From Camelus ferus (lineage: Eukaryota), in assembly GCF_009834535.1 (NCBI RefSeq), contig NC_045696.1:23624001-23688000 (forward strand): a stretch of DNA of 64,000 nt, in the 5' to 3' direction. This document shows, piece by piece, positions 40,120-53,150 of the stretch. Numbering within the stretch: the stretch's first letter is position 1; the number at the start of each line of letters is the position of its first letter. Below the pieces are notes generated by a model, which saw nothing but the letters and a program-made list of their open reading frames with translations, did no database searches and was not told the DNA's origin. The position numbers were made by a program, and so were the translations under genes.

Positions 40120-40540
40120 GGCAATATAATAGTTAAGAACTCAGGCTCTAAAGCAGTGCTTTTCGAACATGAATAAACATACATATCGTTTGGGAATCTT
40201 GTAAAAAGTCAAATTCTAATTGAGCAGTTCTGAGAAGGGGGCGGAGAGTTTGCATTTTAAATATCACCAATGATGTAACTCTGCTAGTTCATGCATCCCA
40301 CTTTGAGAAGGAAAATTCTACAGTCAAATTACCTGGGGTCAAGTCCTGGTTCTTGACTACCTCCTGCTGAGTGACCTTGAGTAATTTAACATCTATATAA
40401 CTCAGTTTCCTCATTTGTAAAATGAGAAGAATAATATTACCTACATCCATGAATTGTTGTGAAAGTTAAAAGAGTTAATATATAATGCACTGAGAAGAGT
40501 GTCTGGCACATGCTAGGTGCTCAATATTTGTTGAATGAAT
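40120..40540. mobile_element. MIR interrupted by MER5A-like element (about 40153-40320)
   Basis: MIR core gtgaccttgagtaa..ctcagtttcctcatttgtaaaatgag; MER5-like cagtgcttttc...cactttgagaag. Confidence 0.65.
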
Positions 40541-40635
40541 CACTCAGCAGCAGGATAGGAGGGGGAAAAGGACACCTGTGACTTTTGAAGCCAGTTCTCT
40601 TTTTTGAATGAAATATTGATAGTGAAAATATCACA

Positions 40636-41083
40636 TTTTATTTTAGTTATTGAAGTAGAGTTGATTTACAATATTATATTAGTTTCAGATGTATGGAATA
40701 GTGATTCAGTATTTTTACAGATTATACTCCATTAAAATTTATAAGATAATGGCTATAATTCCCTGTGCTGTACAATACATCCTTGTTGCTTATTTGTTTT
40801 ATACATAGTAGTTTATATCTCTTAATCTCACACCCCTAATTTGTCCCTCCCCCTTCCCTCTCCCCACTGGTAACCACTAATTTGTTTTCTATATCTGTGA
40901 GTCTGTTTCTGTTTTGCACATACATTCACCTGTGTTATTCTTCAGATTCTACATATCAGTGATATAATACAGTACTTGTCTTTCTATGACTGACTTATTT
41001 CGCTAAACATAATATTCTCTGGGTCCATCCATGTTGCTGGAAAAGGCAGAATTTCATTCTTTTTCATTGCTGAGTAATATTCA

Positions 41084-41122
<39 letters not shown>

Positions 41123-42220
41123 ATCTATCTATTTATATCTCTGTCTATATATGCCACATTTCTTTTTTCTCCTTAAGACAGATTAAAAAGAATTTTTAAG
41201 TATAGTTATTTACAATGGTGTTAGTTTCAGGTGCACAGCATAGTAATTCAGTATTTTTACAGATTATACTCCATTATAGGTTATTACAAGATAATGGGTA
41301 TAAGTCCCTGTGCTCTATAGTATATCTTTGCTACTTAACTATTTTCTATACAGTGGTTCATATCTATTAATCTCATGCCCCTAATTTGCCCCTCCCTCCT
41401 TCCCTCCTCCCTTTGGTAACCACAAGTTTATTTTCTCTGTGAGTCTGTTTCTGTTTTGCATACATATTTATTTGTATTATTGTTTAGACTCTGCATATAA
41501 GAAATATTTCATGATATATACACAACACATTTCTTTATTCATTTGTCCGTTGATAGGTATTTGGGCTGCTTCTATGTCTTGGCTATTGTAAATAGTGCTG
41601 CTGTGAACATTGGGATGCATATATCTTTTTGAATTAATGTTTCTGGATATATACCCAGGAGTGGAATTGCTGGATCATATGGCAATTCTATTTTCAGTTT
41701 TTTGAGGAACTTCCATACTGTTTTCCATAGTGGCTGTACCAATTTACTTTCCCACCAACAATGTACAAGGGTTCGCTTTTCTCACATCCTCTCCAACATT
41801 TTGTTATTTGTAGACTTTTTGATGATAGCCATTCTGACAGGTGTAAGATGATATCTCATTGTTTAGGTTTTCATATCTACAGTAATTAATGTTGTTGAGC
41901 ATCTTTTCATATGCCTGTTAGCCATCTGTAGGTCTTCTTTGGAAAAATGTCTATTTAGGTCTTCTGTCTATTTTTTAATTGGGTTGTTTGGGTTTTGTTT
42001 TGTTTTGTTTTTATATTGCATTGTATGAGCTGGTTATATATGTTGGATATTAACCCCTTGTTGGTCATATCATTTGCAAATATTTTCTCCCAGTACATAA
42101 GTTGTCTTTTTGGTTTGTTGATGGTATCCTTTGCTATGCAAAAGCTTTTAAATGTAATTAGGTCCCACTTATTTATTTTTGCTTTTATTTCTTTTATTTT
42201 AGAAGACAAATCCAAAGCTC
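40636..42220 (-). mobile_element. L1 3' end containing a second nested L1 3' end (about 41165-41515) and a (GT)n tract
   Basis: Two copies of the same L1 3'UTR; ORF2 peptide [21 protein letters not shown]; cacatttcttt repeated on both sides of the inner copy. Confidence 0.88.
41086..41121. repeat. (TG)n microsatellite
   Basis: About 18 perfect TG units. Confidence 0.95.
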
Positions 42221-42599
42221 TTTTATGTCTCCCCAAAAGGGTCATCTGCCCTTTCAGCTTCTAACTTTGTATCATTGGTTACCTTTGAGTCAACTCTGTA
42301 GAATCCTAATTAGGGCTCAAAGAGAAAAATGAGAAACCTCTGCAGAAGGTAATGGGTTCTTTTTTTCTCACTTAAGGGCAGGAAATGATCAATTTATATT
42401 TAAGAAAATCACTATTAGATCCTATGGGAGACAGACAGTAGGAGCTGGACAAAAGAAGGACTGGGGAAATAAGCTTCCATATAATAATTGGCCAGGGAAG
42501 AGATAAAATGAACCCAAGATTCAGGAGAGAAAGTTGAGTAGGGGGACAATACAAGCACAGTTAAGGAGACAAGACTAGGCATTAATTAGTGAGCACAGT

Positions 42600-43060
42600 T
42601 GATGTTTAGGGAAAAGTGTGGGAAAGCTCTCGGTTTTCTAGCTTGGGTAAGAAAACAGATCTTGGGGACTATTTGCAAAGATTTAAAGTAAAAGGAGAGA
42701 GAATATGTCATAAAGGGGCTAAATTAAGGAGAAAGAGAATAGGATGGCAATAGGATTACTTTTGGACACGTTGACAGTGACTGTGGAGCTAGATAACCAG
42801 AGGCAATTAGAAACCCAGGTCTGGGGCTGACCATATAGATTTGGAAGTCATCAGCATTTGTGTATTAAGGCCCTGGAAATGAATGAGTCTGTCCAGGGAA
42901 GTATGAGCTGTAAAAAGAAGTAGACACAAAATGGAGGCCATGAGGGAGACTGAGAAGGAACAATGAGAGGAGAAGAAACAAAGTCAAAAGAGAGGTATAG
43001 CAGAAGGCCAGGAGGAGAGTGCTTCATCAATGACGGGATGGTCAATAGGGCCAAATTCCA
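42600..43060. mobile_element. L2 fragment
   Basis: Purine-rich L2 motifs such as gatttggaagtcatcagcat and gaaggccaggaggagagtgcttca. Confidence 0.55.
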
Positions 43061-43953
43061 CAAAACAACATCTACACTCCCAGAAACCAGTTCTTCCTGA
43101 GCAATTCATTGACTCTGTCAATACCACATCATGATTCTGATCTCTCAGGGTCACAGCTGTACATCTTTGTTTGACTCATCCTGCTTCCTCATTGTCTATA
43201 TTGAAGGCACTAGGATGTCCTTCCCATTCCCTGATATCCATTTCTTTCTCTGCAGGCCTGCTTTCATACTCTTGCCCAAATATTTCTAGTTGACACAAAA
43301 GCATTTTGTATGTCACAGCTGGGCTCAACTTCCTGAAACGCCTTTTTCATTATGCCACATTTATTCCTTTCAATACTTTACAGTATATTTTTAACTTGAA
43401 AATTTTCTATTTTTTAGGAACATTAGGACCTATATATGTAAGTATTAAGAAGTGTTTGAGAATAATAAATCCTGAATCTAGGATGAGGATCACCTCTGCA
43501 GAGGGTGGGACAGTAATGATTAGGGAATGGAGCTCAGGGATTTCAACAGCTTTAGTAATGTTTAGTACTGACGCTGGGTAACAGGAATGTGGATTTAAGT
43601 TTCTGGAGAGGTAAGTAATACAACAAGCTATTTAAGAGATATTTTATAATGACAGCAGTGTGGGATTCAAGTTTTTAAAGTCCTCTCAATTTGGGACCCT
43701 GTTCCCTGTCTCATCTTACTTCCCACAATTCCTTGCAGTATTCTCTTCTGGGTCTGGTCTCCTCTCTCTACGTTCAACAAGGTCATTTTCAAGTGCATTT
43801 CTTTGCCTTCCTTCAGTATTAGTGTCCGCCAGCTAGAAATGCATCTCCACTCAGTCAAGTATTCCTCTCCAAAGTCTTTCCAGCCCTTTAAGCTCAGAAA
43901 CCTTTATTGCTGATTTCTCAATTGGATATAAGCTCCTCATCCTCTGAAATCTC

Positions 43954-43980
43954 GTGTGTGTGTGTGTGTGTGTGTGCGTG
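43954..43980. repeat. (GT)n microsatellite
   Basis: Direct observation. Confidence 0.9.
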
Positions 43981-45004
43981 CATGTGACATTCTTATCTAC
44001 CACTTTCAAATCTATTTGCATGATATTTTCTCACTATATAGTTCAGTAATTCTACTCCTGATGGCACGTTAAAAGCATCTGAGGAGCTCTTAAATATTAT
44101 ATACCTGGGCCTCAACTCAAACAAGATAGTTGAGTGACAGAAGTTTTAAAAAAGCTACCAAGGTGAATCTAATACCACAGTTACAGCTTGATCATGCCTT
44201 GAAGACAGGGGCCACCTCTTCCTAGCCACCTCTACGCTGGCACAGAACTTCACACGTGAGTATATGGAATATGAGAATATGAGCTTAAATACCAATTTCA
44301 TTCAGTGAAACCAGGGAAAGCTCATAATCTTAAGAAACGGCTGCACTATTCATCTTCTGACATTACAATATATAAAAAGTTCACTTCACTGTAACTTGAC
44401 CTTCAATAGCACAGTGTCATGAATATTTGGAAGCAAGTTACCTAAATGTGCAAACATGAACAGCTGGACTGAAATTGAACACTGACTGAGTGACGTTAAA
44501 TACTGGAGTCCAAAGAGGCAAGGCCGTGAATAAGACCTTTCAGTTCCAATGTTTGACAACTGATCCTTAATGCCAGAAGGGACCAAAGTAGCAGTAGACA
44601 AGTATGAAAAATACAGCATGAAGAATGTAGGCCATTTAGTAAAAGAATGACAATGCAAATATGTTAAAAAGAATTGGTCACAATAATATGCAACAAGTGG
44701 GATAAATATAGAATGCTGTTCTAATTCTCCAAATTAAATCATAAATTTATATAACTAGTGGGTTGCATTGCCTCTTTAGAAGCCAATGGTATTTAAATGC
44801 CTAAAGTTGTTTCATCTATGTGTCAAAATGATATGCTTTGATTTGCAATAGTCTTGATGGCAAGAGTTAATTATTTATATCATTGGCATCCCATCAGAAG
44901 AGATAATGTATTTTTAATCCAATTTTTCAGAAAGAAAATGAGAAGATACACCAGGTAACTTTTAATGTCTCTTCCAACCCTTAGATTGTTTAATTAAACT
45001 ATTT

Positions 45005-47400
45005 CTATTGATCCATCTTCAAGATCACTGATTCCTTCCTTGGTCGTGTGTCACGTCTACTGATGAGCCCATAGAAAGCATTCTTTACTTCTATTATTGT
45101 ATTTTTTGACTTCTTCCATGTTCTTTTGATTCTTTCTTAGATTTTCCATTTTTCTGCTTACATTGCCCATCTATTCTTGCATGTTGCCCACTTTTTCCAT
45201 TAGGACCCTTATGATATTAATCATAGTTACCTTGTTTATTTAAAAAAATTTTTTTAGAAACTGTTTATTTTCCATCAACCTTATTTCCACCATCTGTTTA
45301 AGGGTCTGTGGATGAACAGCCTAAGACCGCTCAGTGGTTGCTCCTCCTCATTCAGTGACCTGAGTAGTGGGAGCTGCAGACAAGTCTTCAGTAGAAAACT
45401 ACTGAGTAGGCCGAGGGCACCTGCACCTTTGGACCAGCCTGCAATCTTGGGTTGAGTGGCAGTGAACTCAAGAGCTGCAACAGTGTGTTTACTCTGAAAT
45501 TCCTCCTTGGTCACAGCCTTTTCAGCAGCACCCTGCTCTTCCTTTTCAATCTCTTTAGGATTTCTTTAGAAGTAGAGAATAGGCATGACCTTCTGTGGGT
45601 GTTCACGGGAGGTGGTGCCATGCATGTGCAGAACTTCCCAGGCCAGCGTCCACCACGCCAGACCAGCTAACTGAGCTCCCTGTTTGCTGCATGGATGACA
45701 AGGTCCACATAGCACAGAGGAGAGTCTGTGTGACACAGCACAGTGGTAGGTGGGAGACACTTCTGGGAGACACCGGTGGTCAGCACTGGGGTCAGTAACC
45801 ACCAGAAGTCTCAGCTCCAGGAAGGCTGCCTGAATCTGAGTCCAGGTTCCAGGAGTGGAGTAATCAGCCATCAGAGTGGCTCCAATGGCAGCAGCAAGCT
45901 TCAGCCCAGCTCGTTGGCCAATGTTCCTGGATGCGATGGCATTGAAATCAGCTGGGCTTTCCAAGGCAACAACGGCACAAACAGAGGCTTCTCTCAGGTT
46001 TTCTTCAGATTTATGACATCAATGCCATCCCTTTGCCTTTTATGACGTACTGTTCTATTTGGAAGCCAATGTTGGTGCCACCTAAGTGGGTTCCTGCTGC
46101 AAAGAGTTTGAGGACATTTGCCTCTTTCATTTGTAGGACATCAAGGGCTCTGGACATTGTGAAATTTTCCCTGTAAATTACAATAGGAACCTTGGACAGT
46201 GCTGTGTGTATGTACCTCTCTCTGAGTAGTGTAAAAAAGCTAACCATAGTTATTTTCAATTCCCCATCTGACATTCCCCAAATCTGTGTCCCTCTCTGAG
46301 TCTGATTCTATTGCTTGTCACTTTCGGACTGTGTTTTTTCTTGCCTTTGGCAGGCCTTGTAATTTTATGTTAAAAGGTGAATTTGATATGTATGAATAAT
46401 TAGAACTGAACTAAATAGGACTTTAGTGTGAAGATTCATGTTAGTTTTTGCTGTAGCAATAGGTTCTAGAAGATTCAAATTCCTCCAGTGTCCTTGCTGT
46501 GTTTTTCCTCTTGACACTGGGCTTCCCTGAGTATGCCTCCTCAGAGAGAGTCTACTTCTTGTAGGACTCAGAGGTGTAAGCCGCTGTCTTCCTGGAGCCC
46601 TGCGGGTATGATTGCGTGGTGGGGGCAAGGGAATGCATTCTATCATATTTCAGTTAAATTTCAGTGTTCTCATGGGCCTTGTCCTTGGACCATGACCTTC
46701 GCAGATGTTTCTCCATGGTACAGCTTCCCCTGCCCACCGCCCTCTACTCCCTTCCCTTGCTGCAACCTTTCAAATCTATGTCCTTAAAACTCTGATTCCT
46801 GTTGACTTTGTTTTTGTTTTCCTTCTTTAGGTGAAACAGGAAGTCTGGGGTGGGGGGACAGAGTGGGAGGAATTCCCTTCCACCAGCTGGGATAAGAATC
46901 TGAAAAGTCCTTTCCCCAGGACAGTATCCTTCGTTATGGTGAAAACCATTGGTTCATTTCACAATGATTATTCTTCCTTCCCCAGCCAAAGCCATGGGGA
47001 TCTTTCTTGTATCGTCACAGTGAGAACCTAGTGGAGGCACCAGACTCAAAGCCCATGAAAATGTGGGGCACCTCTTAAGACTGCAGCCCCTGAAGTTTCT
47101 CACTCCTATCTTAGTCCACGTTCTGCTTTCAGCCATTCACCAAAATTACCTTTTCAGTGTTCCTACCAGTTTATGGCTCCAGCCACTTCTGCTCCAGGTC
47201 AGCAAGTCTCATCTGTGTCGCTCTGGATGAACTTGTCTCTTAAGATTTCTGCCTAGCAATTCGCCCTGCTACTTCAGTTCTCTGATGGGTTCAAGAATAG
47301 TCATGAACTTCCAGTTGGTTCAGTTTTTTCTTGTTGTAAGGCCACCGGTGACAACTTCCAAGTTTTTTGCTTGTGAAAGCTGAACCCAGAAGCCTAAGTT
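45005..47400 (-). mobile_element. Old L1 5' region fragment split by the RPSA retrocopy
   Basis: T-rich L1M-like antisense sequence reads contiguously across the RPSA TSD. Confidence 0.6.
45230..46240 (-). pseudogene. RPSA: RPSA (40S ribosomal protein SA) full-length processed pseudogene
   Basis: [43 protein letters not shown] 46157, stop-equivalent TAG 45323-45321; frameshifts; pyrimidine 5' end, AATAAA, A-rich tail; TSD taa(t/c)catagtta at 45218-45229 and 46241-46252. Confidence 0.95.
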
Positions 47401-47955
47401 ATTTCTAATTGTATATTTCTAAACTTGTAGGCACATGTAATAGTTAATTCCAAGAGTGAAAACTATTCTCTTAGAACTAAATATCTTGTCATTTAAGTAC
47501 ATTTTAAAACTAAAAAATTTTAAAAAGCTGTCAATGTTTAGCATTAGTTGACGTTTAATGTTTTAAGTTTTTGTCAACTTTCACTGTCTCAACAGTGACA
47601 CAGTGAAAATTGTTTTCAGTTATTTAATTTATGAAACAGTTGCTCCTCAGTTAATAAGTGTAGCTACAGCAATCATTGCCATTTCATGAACTCTTTCTCA
47701 GAGGTTACACTGTTTACACTCCCATTAATCAAGAGTAATGTTTGTTCTTAATTTATTCTGTCAGTTTTTTGGTATTAATATATTACTTTAAATAACTCAT
47801 CATATCTGAAAACTTGATTGAGTTGAGCATTTCACTACATATTTATAAAATTATTTTGGTTTCTTAATCTAAAATACTTGAAAAATCACATTTAGTGCCA
47901 CAATCTCAGAGTTCTTTTTTATTATTGAAGATTTTCTGGAATAAAGGGAAAGTAT

Positions 47956-48436
47956 TGTTACTAACAGGATTCAGAACACACTACCCCAAAATGTGGCACT
48001 GTGACACACTGAATATTTTAAGTTAAAGGAATTGGAGAAACAGCGGGCGCTGGAAGGACTCTCCAGACTTCTCATCTGAAGCAGCTCATAAGACTCTCAT
48101 GTAAAATGTGCCCTTGCTATTCCTGGAGTAAAGGAGCATCCTTATCCCTGAAGGTAAATGAACAGGTCTTGTTAAGTTTCCTCCAGTCTACTACACTTAG
48201 CTCATACCCTTCCTATCACATTTTCCCACAGTTTGTCACTCTTCACAAAATCCAGCATAAAAACACTCATGTTTTAACTGCTTATTTGGGTTTTCACTTT
48301 CTTATAAAGTTTTTGTGTCACATAAAACTTAAATAAATTTGTATGACTTTCCCTTGTTAATCTGTCTTTTGTTATGGAGATTCAGCCAAGAACCTTCAGC
48401 AGAAAGAGGGAAAAAGATATTTTTTTCTTCCTAACA
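47956..48436 (+). mobile_element. ERV1 solo LTR (MER34/MER39-like)
   Basis: TGT...ACA termini, cagaacacactaccccaaaatgtggcac start, aataaatttgtatg...ttgttaatctgtcttttgtta near the end. Confidence 0.7.
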
Positions 48437-49089
48437 TTACAAATAAAAAAAAATTTTATCTTTTATTTCTGTTAGTATGAGGTGGTCACTGACACAGGTT
48501 GTAACAAACCACCAACATTATCCAAGTTTAAATGATCTTTATTTTGGTAGATTATAATGAAGGATTTCCTCATTTGAATGGCTCTATGATAATTTGATAC
48601 TTTGTCTCACTTATCAGGCCAGTGTGTGTCAGAGATGGGACCATTTTGTCAAAGGCTGTGGTTTCAATCAGCCTATCTTGGAAGCAGGGTGCCTCTATAT
48701 AACTCAATTACCTTGATGATTTCTTGAACTGCTCTCTAAGTATAGGCTTAAATAGAAATAAATGCAAATGAAGCTGTCTTCTTAGTTGTAGTAAACTGAA
48801 CCCCTGAAATTCTGTGGGATGATGAAGAAGGTAAATTTTGAAGCCTGGTACTTCTGGGCGCAGTTCCTGAAGAATGGCTACTGATTGGGAGTTCTCATTT
48901 CTTCCAATGGAATGAAACTCTACAAAAAGGCCCCAAACTATTTTATCAGTCTGAACTCCCCGTACAGGTATTTGACTTGCCTAAGAGGAGAGTTTGTGAG
49001 ATTTCTTCAAGGCAATTCTATCTCCCTGTCTCTCATAACTCTTTCACACATTCTCCTCTCTGCAAACACCTCCCACACCTCCCCACTCC

Positions 49090-49990
49090 TCCTCATTTTT
49101 AACTGATGGCCTTGTTTCTTATTTCATAGAAAAATACCAATCTTCCAACCTGTATCTGTAATCATATATCCTGCATTCCCTCCTGTAGTTCAACATGATG
49201 GGTTGTCCTTGGTCCTAAGGTCAGCTCCTCCTTTTGTGTACTGCCTCCCATCACCTCTCATTTGCTCGAAGACTTCACTCCTGCAATTGTCCCCTCTCTC
49301 TTCCACAAAAAAAGGGAAGAAAATAACAAAGAGCAACAAACTCACCTTGATTCCTCAGGTCCTTCAGCAACATTTTCCATTTCTCTGTTCCACCTTACAG
49401 CCAAACTTCTTAAGAACAGTTCTCTCATTGTCTACAATTCCTGTTTCCCCACACTCCCTTGACCCTCCTCCAATCTGCCTCCTGTCTCTTTCTCTCCAGA
49501 AGAACTGTTGTTCAAGGTCAACAGTTACCTCCGTGCAGCCAAATCCAATAGCCAATTCTTAGTTCTGATATGACCTTACCTAGTAGCTTTTGGCCCACAA
49601 AGAGTTTTTGTTACAAACGATCATCCCTTCCTTCCTGAAATACTTTTCTTCACTCCATGTCGAGACCCTCCTTACTCTTGATTTTCTTCTGTCTCACTGG
49701 CCACTACTTCCCAGACTCCTTTGTGGAGCACAGTTCTGCTTTGCCTTCATAGTTTCTAGGTCAGTCTACCCCAGAGAATTTTTCTCTCTCTCTCTGTATA
49801 TTCACTTTTCAGATAATGTCATTTAGTCCCACAGCTTTCAGGCTATCTTTATAAAAATTCTAAAATTAATATCTGCCTACTCAACAAACAATTCCACATG
49901 GATATCTACAAGTTGTTCACACATAGATTGTTCAAAATTGACCTCTTGATTAAGTCTGTTCCTCCTCAAGCCTCTTCATTGCATACATTT
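49090..49990. mobile_element. L2 fragment
   Basis: Pyrimidine-rich L2 motifs such as ttcaaggtcaacagttacctcc..gccaaatccaatagcca and tttagtcccacagcttt. Confidence 0.6.
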
Positions 49991-50408
49991 GGGTCTTATT
50001 ATTTGCTGAGTACTAATGCCAAAAACAGAAAGATGGTTTTAAAACCATTTTTAGTCGTTAAAAATGTGTTTTTAAAAATATAGTATGATATAATCTCTTC
50101 AGTATGAACTATACCTCTTTGGCTATAAATTTCTCTTATTTTAAAGGGATGAGAACTAACATACAAGTGTAGGAATTTTTTTCCTCCTTTTCCTTTTTAA
50201 ACCAAGACACACTCATTCTATTTAGTCATTTAAAAGATAATTTGGGCTGTGTGTGGCAGTGGGTCTGGGGAAAGGAAGGGTTTCTAGAAGCCTGGACAGT
50301 GGACTGTGATGTGGAGTTGGGGGAGGGGGCAGGAGTCTGGCCCTGGGGATGTGATGTGGGCTGTGGGCTCCAGGCTCAGTGAGGGCTTGGGTTCCAGAAT
50401 TCAGCTTA

Positions 50409-52364
50409 GTGCAGGTGACCAGACCCTTTGGAGTTGTCTGCAGCTTTGTAGTAAAAGCACTGAAGGTGAACAATGTATTTTGGGTAATGGGACAAAACTT
50501 AATTTTTGCAGACAAAACTTAATTTTTGCAGACAAAATCCTTTATGATGATACGGCCCTCAAAGAATGCAATCATAATGAGGAAAAGTTCACAATAGTTA
50601 TGGTGACAAATCCCAAAGCGCTGACAACACCAGCCCCGGCTACCTGCCACCCAGTGATCAAATCCAGCCACCACTGCTGTGGTTGGTTCATCCCCAGCAG
50701 CAGCTGTGGCTCAAGTACCAGCCTCTGTCCTGGCTTTGGCTCCCACTTCTGCACCTGTACCCAAGGCTCCAGCATCAAGGCTGGCATCTTCTGGACCTGC
50801 ACCTACTACTGCAACTAAACAAGGGAAAGCTGCACAGAAGCCAGCAGGGACACCTGTGACTGCTAGTCTAATTCCAGCCTCAGCACATTTAGGAGAGTCT
50901 TCTTGGCAAAAAAAACATTTTCAGAGATATATGTATATTTATATATATTTTGCTTTTGAGGAGATTGAAAGGGACTTTTTTTCTCCTCACATGTTACATC
51001 AGTGCATTACATTAACTCTGCCCTGGACTCTGTGATATGATTTAGACTCATCTCTATAACTTGTAAAAGGTAGCACATTGTTAGAGGTGGAAAAGGACGG
51101 ATATAGGAAATAGGGCACAGTGTGTTTCTGCTTAAATTAAATTGCACATCTATACAATGCATAGAATATTACACAACCAAAGTTCAGCCTTTGCAGTTCT
51201 TTATTTCTTCCATGAAATAGTAGGAAACATATCCTAGCTGTTTATTCTTAATATACGTTCAGAAGTTTAATGTCATGCCATGTTTTATATTTCTTTGACT
51301 TAACATTGGTTTCAGAAATAGTCTTTGCTACCTAGAATCTACAGTGTCTACTTCATGGCAACACTAGAGAATGGCTTTGTGGAACTGAGAAATATTTTGA
51401 AGGAACTGTAAAGAGAAATGCCATGTTAATGACTATCATTGCGACTTCAAATATGTATGACATTTGTGTACAACAGTACATTCTTTTGTGATAAATACTT
51501 GAAAATAGAAAAATCTTCTCTTTATTTATCTATCTTTATAGTTTGTACCTCTTAATCTCCCTCACCTATTTCTCCCCTCCCCTCTGGCAAACACCTGTTT
51601 GTTCTCTGTATCTATAACTCTAGCTCTTCTTTGATATATTTGCTTATTTCTTTTGTTTTGTTTTGTTTTTGGATTCCACATTTGAGTGAAATTATACAGT
51701 ATTTGTATTTAAAGAGAAAGGAAACATTCTCTTTAAATGAAAATAATTACCAATTTAAAAAATGCCTTGACCATTGAATGTAAGACCCTTTTCTTAGACT
51801 ATTTGAGAAGCTGTACAATTATAGTTACTATACATGAAAATAGTTTCTTGTTCCCCTTTTTTGTTTGTTTTGGGCAAAAATTGGTAGTTGCGTTTCAAAA
51901 TAATCACTGTTGGTTTTATTTTGATGTGTCCTTTGGGGCAATGTAACTTTTGAGGCCAACAAGGACATTCAGCAGTCACTTTCCCTGTCTCTTATCTTTC
52001 CCTCAGCAGAAATTCCCTCACCAGCAAGCTCTGAGTTCTAAGTGTTGTCTTTCTTTTTCAAAATCCACAGACTTCTGATTGAATTAAAAAACTACTGGAA
52101 ATGTTTCAAAACCAAGTTTCTGACATTTATAAACTTTTTTCCTTTATTAGATTAAGATATATGATAAATAAAGTCATTGATAATATAATACTTTGAAAAA
52201 GAGAAGAGGACAGAACTATATCTAGCATCTTTTATTGCGTCAAGGAGATGAGAATGATCTTTGAGAGATGCACCTGGAAACATATTCTGAAAAGCCAAAA
52301 ATCAAGGTTTATATTGCATATTAAGAGTAAAATCTATAAAATCGTATAAAAGCAAAAAAAAAAA
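50409..52364 (+). pseudogene. RAD23B: RAD23B processed pseudogene with internal deletion and long 3'UTR
   Basis: VKALK at 50451, LIFADKILYDDTALKE, VMVTNPKALTTPAPAT, Ala/Pro/Thr linker, then a jump to FE-D-TGA (50966-50968) followed by aagggacttttt and RAD23B-like 3'UTR; A-run at 52354-52364. Confidence 0.9.
51515..51710 (-). mobile_element. L1 3' fragment inserted in the RAD23B pseudogene 3'UTR
   Basis: gttctctgtatcta...gattccacatttgagtgaaattatacagtatttgt; RAD23B-like UTR resumes afterwards. Confidence 0.7.
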
Positions 52365-52739
52365 TGCCTTTTTAGTTATGAACATATGATATATAATTAT
52401 CTACATAATATCTCTTGTATATTGTACAGGCATCTCAAGTCTAATGCTCCCTAAATAAAATTCTTAGTTTTTCTCCCAAACCTAATTATGTCCAAGGCTT
52501 TTTCATATCAATAAATGGTAGCATTAGTTATCCTTACTTATAAAAGCACTTTATTATTTCTTTGTAACACATGTGTTACAAACAATTCCCTAGGCTTTTG
52601 TGGGTGTTTTAATTTTGTATGTATTTCTGACATACTAAGGAACCTGGCTTTTATGTCATTGAATCTATTAGTATTTTCCTTTATGATTTATGCTATTAGC
52701 ATCATGTTTGAAAAAGCTGTCTCTAAACAAGAGATGTTA

Positions 52740-53150
52740 TAGCCATACGTTCTATATATCGTGGGTTCGGTTCCAGACCACCACCATAAAGGAAATATCA
52801 CAATAAAGGGAGTCACATGAGTTTTTTGTCTCCCAGTGCATATGAAAGTTACGTTTATGCTATACTGTAGTCTATGAAGTGTGCAATAGCATTGTCTTTC
52901 CAAATGTACATACCTAAATTTAAAAAAATATTTTATTGCTGAAGAATGCTAACCGTCATCTGAACCTTCAGCAAGTCACAATCTTTTTGCTGGTGGAGGA
53001 TTTAAAATATCATGAGAATTACGAAAATGTGACACACCGACAGGAAGTGAGCAAAATGGTGCCAATAGACTTGCTTGACAGTGTTGCTGGAAACTTTAAA
53101 TTTGTAAAAAATGTCATATCTGCAAAGCACCATAAAAAATAGTATGCCTG
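52740..53150. mobile_element. Internally deleted Tigger1 DNA transposon (Tigger1a_Art-like MITE)
   Basis: Both Tigger1 ends present: (t)agccatac...gggttcggttccagaccacc and ...gtatgcctg; about 410 bp. Confidence 0.8.

Noticed and set aside
45566..45964. 132-aa RPSA-like ORF as a functional retrogene
   Set aside because: Frameshifts before, within and after it, and many substitutions at conserved residues
50306..51035. 170-aa and 118-aa ORFs as a novel UBL protein functionally linked to USP25
   Set aside because: Frameshifted pieces of the RAD23B pseudogene with non-ATG starts; the shared ubiquitin theme is most likely coincidence
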